Shown in pieces: positions 59,800 to 64,000 of a stretch of DNA of 64,000 nt (position 1 is the stretch's first letter; every line of letters begins with the position of its first letter). The DNA is from Cenarchaeum sp. (GTDB lineage: Archaea; Thermoproteota; Nitrososphaeria; Nitrososphaerales; Nitrosopumilaceae): positions 768,001 to 832,000 of the forward strand of contig OY843768.1 in assembly GCA_963693095.2 (NCBI GenBank), given 5' to 3'. Both the position numbers and the translations under genes were made by a program. Below the pieces are notes generated by a model. The model saw only the letters and a program-made list of their open reading frames with translations, was not told the DNA's origin and did no database searches.

Positions 59800-60041
59800 A
59801 CTCTTAAGTAATGGATCGTACATCGTTCCCCTACTCTTAAGTAATGGATCGTACATCGTTCCCCTACTCTTAAGTAATGGATCGTACATCGTTCCCCTAC
59901 TCTTAAGTAATGGATCGTACATCGTTCCTCTACTCTTAAGTAATGGATCGTACATCGTTCCCCTACTCTTAAGTAATGGATCGTACATCGTTCCCCTACT
60001 CTTAAGTAATGGATCGTACATCGTTCCCCTACTCTTAAGTA
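59800..60041. repeat. Near-perfect 33-bp tandem repeat, 7 full copies plus 11 bp
   Basis: actcttaagtaatggatcgtacatcgttcccct x7, one substitution in copy 4, no spacers. Confidence 0.97.
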
Positions 60042-60110
60042 TTTGACAGTGCAAAATAGAGTCCCACGCGCGCAGGGATAGCGATATACGCCCCCTCGTG
60101 CAGGCCTCGC

Positions 60111-60393
60111 GCGTGCGAGCCAGAGAGCGACACGCTGCTAACGCAGAGGAAACTCCTCCCTCCACGCAGGGAGCGCGACCCGGAGATGGGTGGCCAGAGA
60201 TGGCCGGCAACAGAACAGAAACGAATCCGGCCCGGCGCACCGTGACGGCTGTGCCTGAGGTTTCCGGAGCCGGAATGGAACGGCTGTCCCGCGCGGAGCA
60301 AGGCCAGACAGAGCCCCAGCACCCTGCAGCAGGCTCGGGTAGGCCGCATAGCCAAATGTCGCCAGAACAGAAGGAGGGTTACTCCTGGCACGC
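60111..60393 (+). ncRNA. rnpB: Archaeal RNase P RNA
   Basis: GAGGAAACTCCTCC and AACAGAAGGAGGGTTA (complementary P4 strands), ACAGAAACG, GGAACGG, GGAGCAAG, GGTAGGCCGCATAG; P1 gccag/ctggc, P2 gcgaca/tgtcgc, P3 ctgc-taac-gcag. Confidence 0.92.
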
Positions 60394-60395
60394 AC

Positions 60396-61622
60396 CTATT
60401 TCTTTTCCCAGCCCTTTGGCATAGAGCCGCGCGTCGTGTCCGGCTCGGTGAGCTCCGGCGAGGACGACGAGCCAGAGTCATAGTCAGAGCGGAGCTGTGA
60501 CTCTCCCCTGTTCGTCTGGTATCCGCCGGCAGCCGTGCTAGTCGCCGACGCCTGGAGGTTTGACGGGTCAATGCCAGTCTGCGTTGCGCCCTTTTCCTTC
60601 TTTAGCTGCCGGCTGCTGATAAAGAAGAACATTCCGGCGCCGACTGCGGCCATTGCGGCCATGCCATACACGATAAACACGGGGAAGTCCCCTGTTGCGG
60701 TGGTCGTTCCGATCGGGTCGCCAAACGAAAAGCCGAGCGTCTCGAGGTCATCGAGTGAGGATATTGACGTATAGCCGACGACGGCAGTCTCGGCTATGTC
60801 GATGGTGTTTATCGTGCGTATATAGTACTCGCGATCTAGCGTAAAGGGCATGTTGATGAGCTCGTCAGTCTTGCGACCCTCGCGTATGCTGCTCTCGCCA
60901 AGCGTGTACTTTGAGATGACCTTGCCGGCGATATCCTCGCTGAGCCCAAACTGGTTGGCGTCTATGCTGATTCCCGTGGGGTCAACGAGAAAGTGCCACA
61001 CGTCGAGCGGATCAGAAAAGCCCTCTGCCTGCATGAGGCTCTCGGAGAGCAAGTCGCCGGCCACACTGCCCTCTATTGCGGCATAGACGCCGGGAGAGTT
61101 GTCCTCAATCGCCGCAATCGGCGTGTTGACGTCAATGCCGTCGACGACGATCGGGCCGGCGATGTCAAAGTACCTCCAACCCATGTCGATGATGCCCGGA
61201 TTCCTCGGATCCTCCTCCTTTATGACAAAGTCCACGAGGTCACCGGAGATCAGGAGGTTATAGTTGATGTCAGAGGACTTTTCGCGCTCGACTAGCGATG
61301 CCTTGTAGGCAATTTCGAGCTCAGAGACCTTGACTGTGCTGCGGTTGTCAAGTATGCCGCTGTTGATGCGCTCGGCGAGCTCGATGACGCCGGGATTCCC
61401 AGAGCCGAACCTTTCGTCGATCACCCATTCCTGGCCCGCAAGGAGGCCGGCGAGCTCGCCCTGTGAGTCATGGCGTATCGTGAACGTCTGGAGGTAGCTG
61501 AGCGTAAAGGTCGCCTCGTTGTCCTGAGGATCGATAAAGGCCGTGAGAGTCGCGCCCCAGGCAGACGGAACCATGACCATGAGGGATGCCACGAGTGCAA
61601 CGGGCACCGCCACGCTGTTCAT
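60396..61622 (-). CDS. Secreted, C-terminally membrane-anchored hypothetical protein
   Basis: Signal peptide MNSVAVPVALVASLM, TM helix near C-terminus, tail GGYQTNRGE...MPKGWEKK. Confidence 0.8.
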   Translation of the reverse strand: MNSVAVPVALVASLMVMVPSAWGATLTAFIDPQDNEATFTLSYLQTFTIRHDSQGELAGLLAGQEWVIDERFGSGNPGVIELAERINSGILDNRSTVKVSELEIAYKASLVEREKSSDINYNLLISGDLVDFVIKEEDPRNPGIIDMGWRYFDIAGPIVVDGIDVNTPIAAIEDNSPGVYAAIEGSVAGDLLSESLMQAEGFSDPLDVWHFLVDPTGISIDANQFGLSEDIAGKVISKYTLGESSIREGRKTDELINMPFTLDREYYIRTINTIDIAETAVVGYTSISSLDDLETLGFSFGDPIGTTTATGDFPVFIVYGMAAMAAVGAGMFFFISSRQLKKEKGATQTGIDPSNLQASATSTAAGGYQTNRGESQLRSDYDSGSSSSPELTEPDTTRGSMPKGWEKK

Positions 61623-61735
61623 CGGGTCTCGCGCGCGTGCGTGCGCTAATAAACCTTGTTGGGCGCTGCCGGCCCTGAAAAGGGTAATATTTGCCCGTGC
61701 GGCGCGCCTGCCCGTTCTAGGAGCGTGAAGGACAC

Positions 61736-62653
61736 ACGATAACGGTACTTGCAGGTGGCACGGGATCAATAAAGCTCGTACGGGGTCTTGCCGCATGCGA
61801 GAGCGACGTCAATGTCGTGTGCAACGTGGGCGACAACCTGTGGATGTACGACATGTACATCTGCCCTGACATCGACACCACCGTGTACGGCCTAGCCGAC
61901 CTCCTCGACCGTGACAAGGGATGGGGAATCCGAAAGGACTCGTTCAACTTTTTGCGCCAGATGGAGGCCTTTGGGGAGGAGACGTGGTTCCGCATAGGCG
62001 ACCGCGATGCGGCGACGCACCTGATGAGGACGAACATGCTAAAGAACGGCAAGAACCTCAGCGAGATAACGAGGTGGATGTGCGGCAGGTTTGCGATAAA
62101 CGTCAATGTCATGCCGTCCACTGACAGCAAGGTCGAGACGATAATATCTACCAAAAAGGGCGACATGCACATACAAGAGTACTGGGTAAAGCACAGGGGG
62201 CGCGAGCCCGTAACGGGCATACGCTATGACGGGGCCGATAGGGCGCGCCCAAACCCCGAGGTCAGCCGCGCAATACAGGACTCTGATCTTGTCGTCATTG
62301 CCCCCGGAAACCCGCTGACTAGCATTGGGCCAATACTAAAGCTGCAGGCAATACGGAAGGACCTGGCACGCGCGCGAAAAAAGACAATTGCCGTGAGCCC
62401 CATCGTCGGCAACGAGGCCGTGAGCGGACCGGCCGCAAAGTACATGGAGGCGGCCGGAATAGAGGTCAGCGCACTCGGCGTCGCAAAAATGTACGCGCAT
62501 GCGTGCTCGTCAATAGTCGTCGACACAAAGGACAAGGCACTTGTCAACAAGATGTCCAATATTGACATGACCGTGCATACCGCAAAGATAGTGATGAAGA
62601 ACAGGCAGGCCGAGAATGCCCTGGCGGCGTTTGTCCTAAAGCAGGCGCGCTAG
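61736..62653 (+). CDS. cofD: 2-phospho-L-lactate transferase (F420 biosynthesis)
   Basis: ITVLAGGTGSIKL, NVGD, CPDIDT, WFRIGDRD, PGNPLTSIGP, SGPAAK; N-terminal motif lies upstream of the ORF-track GTG, apparent start ACG 61736. Confidence 0.93.
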   Translation, partial: TITVLAGGTGSIKLVRGLAACESDVNVVCNVGDNLWMYDMYICPDIDTTVYGLADLLDRDKGWGIRKDSFNFLRQMEAFGEETWFRIGDRDAATHLMRTNMLKNGKNLSEITRWMCGRFAINVNVMPSTDSKVETIISTKKGDMHIQEYWVKHRGREPVTGIRYDGADRARPNPEVSRAIQDSDLVVIAPGNPLTSIGPILKLQAIRKDLARARKKTIAVSPIVGNEAVSGPAAKYMEAAGIEVSALGVAKMYAHACSSIVVDTKDKALVNKMSNIDMTVHTAKIVMKNRQAENALAAFVLKQAR

Positions 62654-62659
62654 GGCGCA

Positions 62660-63289
62660 ATGGACGCCGTGGCAATCATACCAGTAAAGTCATTCGCGCA
62701 CGCAAAGTCCCGGCTAGACGCCGGCCGTGCGGCACGTGAGGCAGTGTGCGAGACAATGCTCAAAGCTGTACTAGACGCCGCCGTCTCCTCGCAGGTGTCA
62801 GCAACAGTCGTCGTCACCAGAGACGCGCGTGCGGCGTCTGTCGCATCAAGGGCAGGTGCCGAGGTCATCGACGAGCCGCGCGAGGCCGGCGTCAATGTGG
62901 CAGTATCGCTTGCTGACGACGTGGCCGGCGACTATGGGTCATCGCTAGTCATCCCGCAGGACATACCCCTCGTGGAGGCCGGCGACATTGGCGCGATTCT
63001 GCGCCTGGCCCCGCAAAAGGGAACCCTCGTGGTGCCCTCGAGGCGCCTTGATGGGACCAACGCCCTTGTGCGCTCGCCTCCGTGCGCGCACGAGACGCAC
63101 TATGACGAGGACAGCCACAGGATACACGTGGCGACTGCCCAGGCGGCGGGCCTGCGCACGACGCTTGCCATGGTCCGCAGGGCAATGCTTGATGTCGACA
63201 CGCGCGAGGACCTCGACTATGTCATTGCGCAGCCAGACAAGCCATCACTATCTGAGAGCCTCCGCGCGGCCCTAGGCGCCCGAGATTAG
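62660..63289 (+). CDS. cofC: 2-phospho-L-lactate/PEP guanylyltransferase
   Basis: IIPVKSFAHAKSRL, DIPL, DGTNAL, DVDTREDL; follows cofD. Confidence 0.93.
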   Translation: MDAVAIIPVKSFAHAKSRLDAGRAAREAVCETMLKAVLDAAVSSQVSATVVVTRDARAASVASRAGAEVIDEPREAGVNVAVSLADDVAGDYGSSLVIPQDIPLVEAGDIGAILRLAPQKGTLVVPSRRLDGTNALVRSPPCAHETHYDEDSHRIHVATAQAAGLRTTLAMVRRAMLDVDTREDLDYVIAQPDKPSLSESLRAALGARD

Positions 63290-64000
63290 CGCATCGCACG
63301 CCTTGCGCGCGTCCTGGTCGCCCATCTGGCGCGGCGGGTGCTTCATGAGGTACGCGCACGCCTCGTGAACCGGCCCCCCAATCCCGCGCTCAAGGGCAAG
63401 CTTTGCGAGGCGGATCGCGTCAATCACAATGCCTGCCGAGTTGGCCTTGTCATCGACATCGAGGCGAACCTCCATGTTGTATGGGATGTTTGCCCATTGC
63501 CGACCCTCTATTCGCATAAACATGAGCTTTGTGTTGCCAAGAAACGGTATAAAGTCAGACGGCCCGACGTATATGCTGTCATCGTCCAGCCTCTCGTCGA
63601 GCTGGCTCTGGACGCTCTCGGTCTTTGAGATTCGCTTGCTCACGAGGCGATCCTGCTCCTTCATGTTCAAAAAGTCGGTGTTGCCACCAACGTTGATCTG
63701 GTATGTCTTTTCTATCTTTGTCCCGCGGTCATTGCAGAGCTTTGCGAGCGTGCGATGGACGATCGTTGCGCCAACCTGCCCCTTGATGTCATCGCCGATA
63801 ACGGGCACGCCGGCATCGGTAAACTTTTTTGCCCATGTCTCGTCTGATGCGATAAACGACGGGATGCAGTTGACAAACGCCGTCTTTGTGTCAAGGCACG
63901 CCTGCGCCCAGAACTTTGTGGCCTCCTCAGAGCCCACAGGGAGGTATGACACGAGAACATCGGCCCCTGTCTCGCGCAGTATCCTTCTTGCCGTCTCGCC
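63272..64000 (-). CDS. ino1: Inositol-3-phosphate synthase (5' end beyond window)
   Basis: YLPVGS, GDDIKGQVGAT, GGNTDFLNM, DKANSAG. Confidence 0.95.
   Translation of the reverse strand, partial: GETARRILRETGADVLVSYLPVGSEEATKFWAQACLDTKTAFVNCIPSFIASDETWAKKFTDAGVPVIGDDIKGQVGATIVHRTLAKLCNDRGTKIEKTYQINVGGNTDFLNMKEQDRLVSKRISKTESVQSQLDERLDDDSIYVGPSDFIPFLGNTKLMFMRIEGRQWANIPYNMEVRLDVDDKANSAGIVIDAIRLAKLALERGIGGPVHEACAYLMKHPPRQMGDQDARKACDALISGA

Noticed and set aside
59800-60041. CRISPR array
   Set aside because: Units are contiguous and identical with no unique spacers, and no cas genes are in the window
59776-60240. 154-aa ORF with LKSRGTMYDPL repeats
   Set aside because: Open frame is a by-product of the 33-bp period and its 5' part is antisense to rnpB
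60098-60424. 108-aa plus-strand ORF
   Set aside because: Coincides with the RNase P RNA, which explains the sequence better

Overview
GC-rich archaeal chromosomal segment whose gene content points to Nitrosopumilaceae/Thaumarchaeota; the high GC and giant surface proteins suggest a Cenarchaeum-like, possibly sponge-associated lineage (inference). The housekeeping backbone includes pgk, an MqnE/CofH-type radical SAM enzyme, an SNF2 helicase, Dpp/Opp permeases, rps30e, a JAMM protease, proS, ppdK, alaS-leuS-thrS, RNase P RNA, cofD-cofC and ino1. Several accessory loci interrupt it: (1) a >2650-aa secreted repeat protein running off the left edge and missed by the ORF track, with a 1029-aa relative at 31-34 kb; (2) a ~7.6-kb tandem array (11.0-18.65 kb) of six intact, mosaic 186-codon Panacea/YwgA-like paralogs facing two full 2-TM genes, four truncated copies and IS66 remnants; (3) a degenerate Fic gene beside a two-gene cassette bracketed by ~230-bp inverted repeats; (4) an AT-rich MTase-REase-MTase restriction-modification island; (5) an AAA_14/DUF4143 ATPase-nuclease gene with a near-perfect 7x33-bp spacerless array upstream, next to rnpB. 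cofD appears to start at ACG. All family calls come from motif recognition, not database searches.
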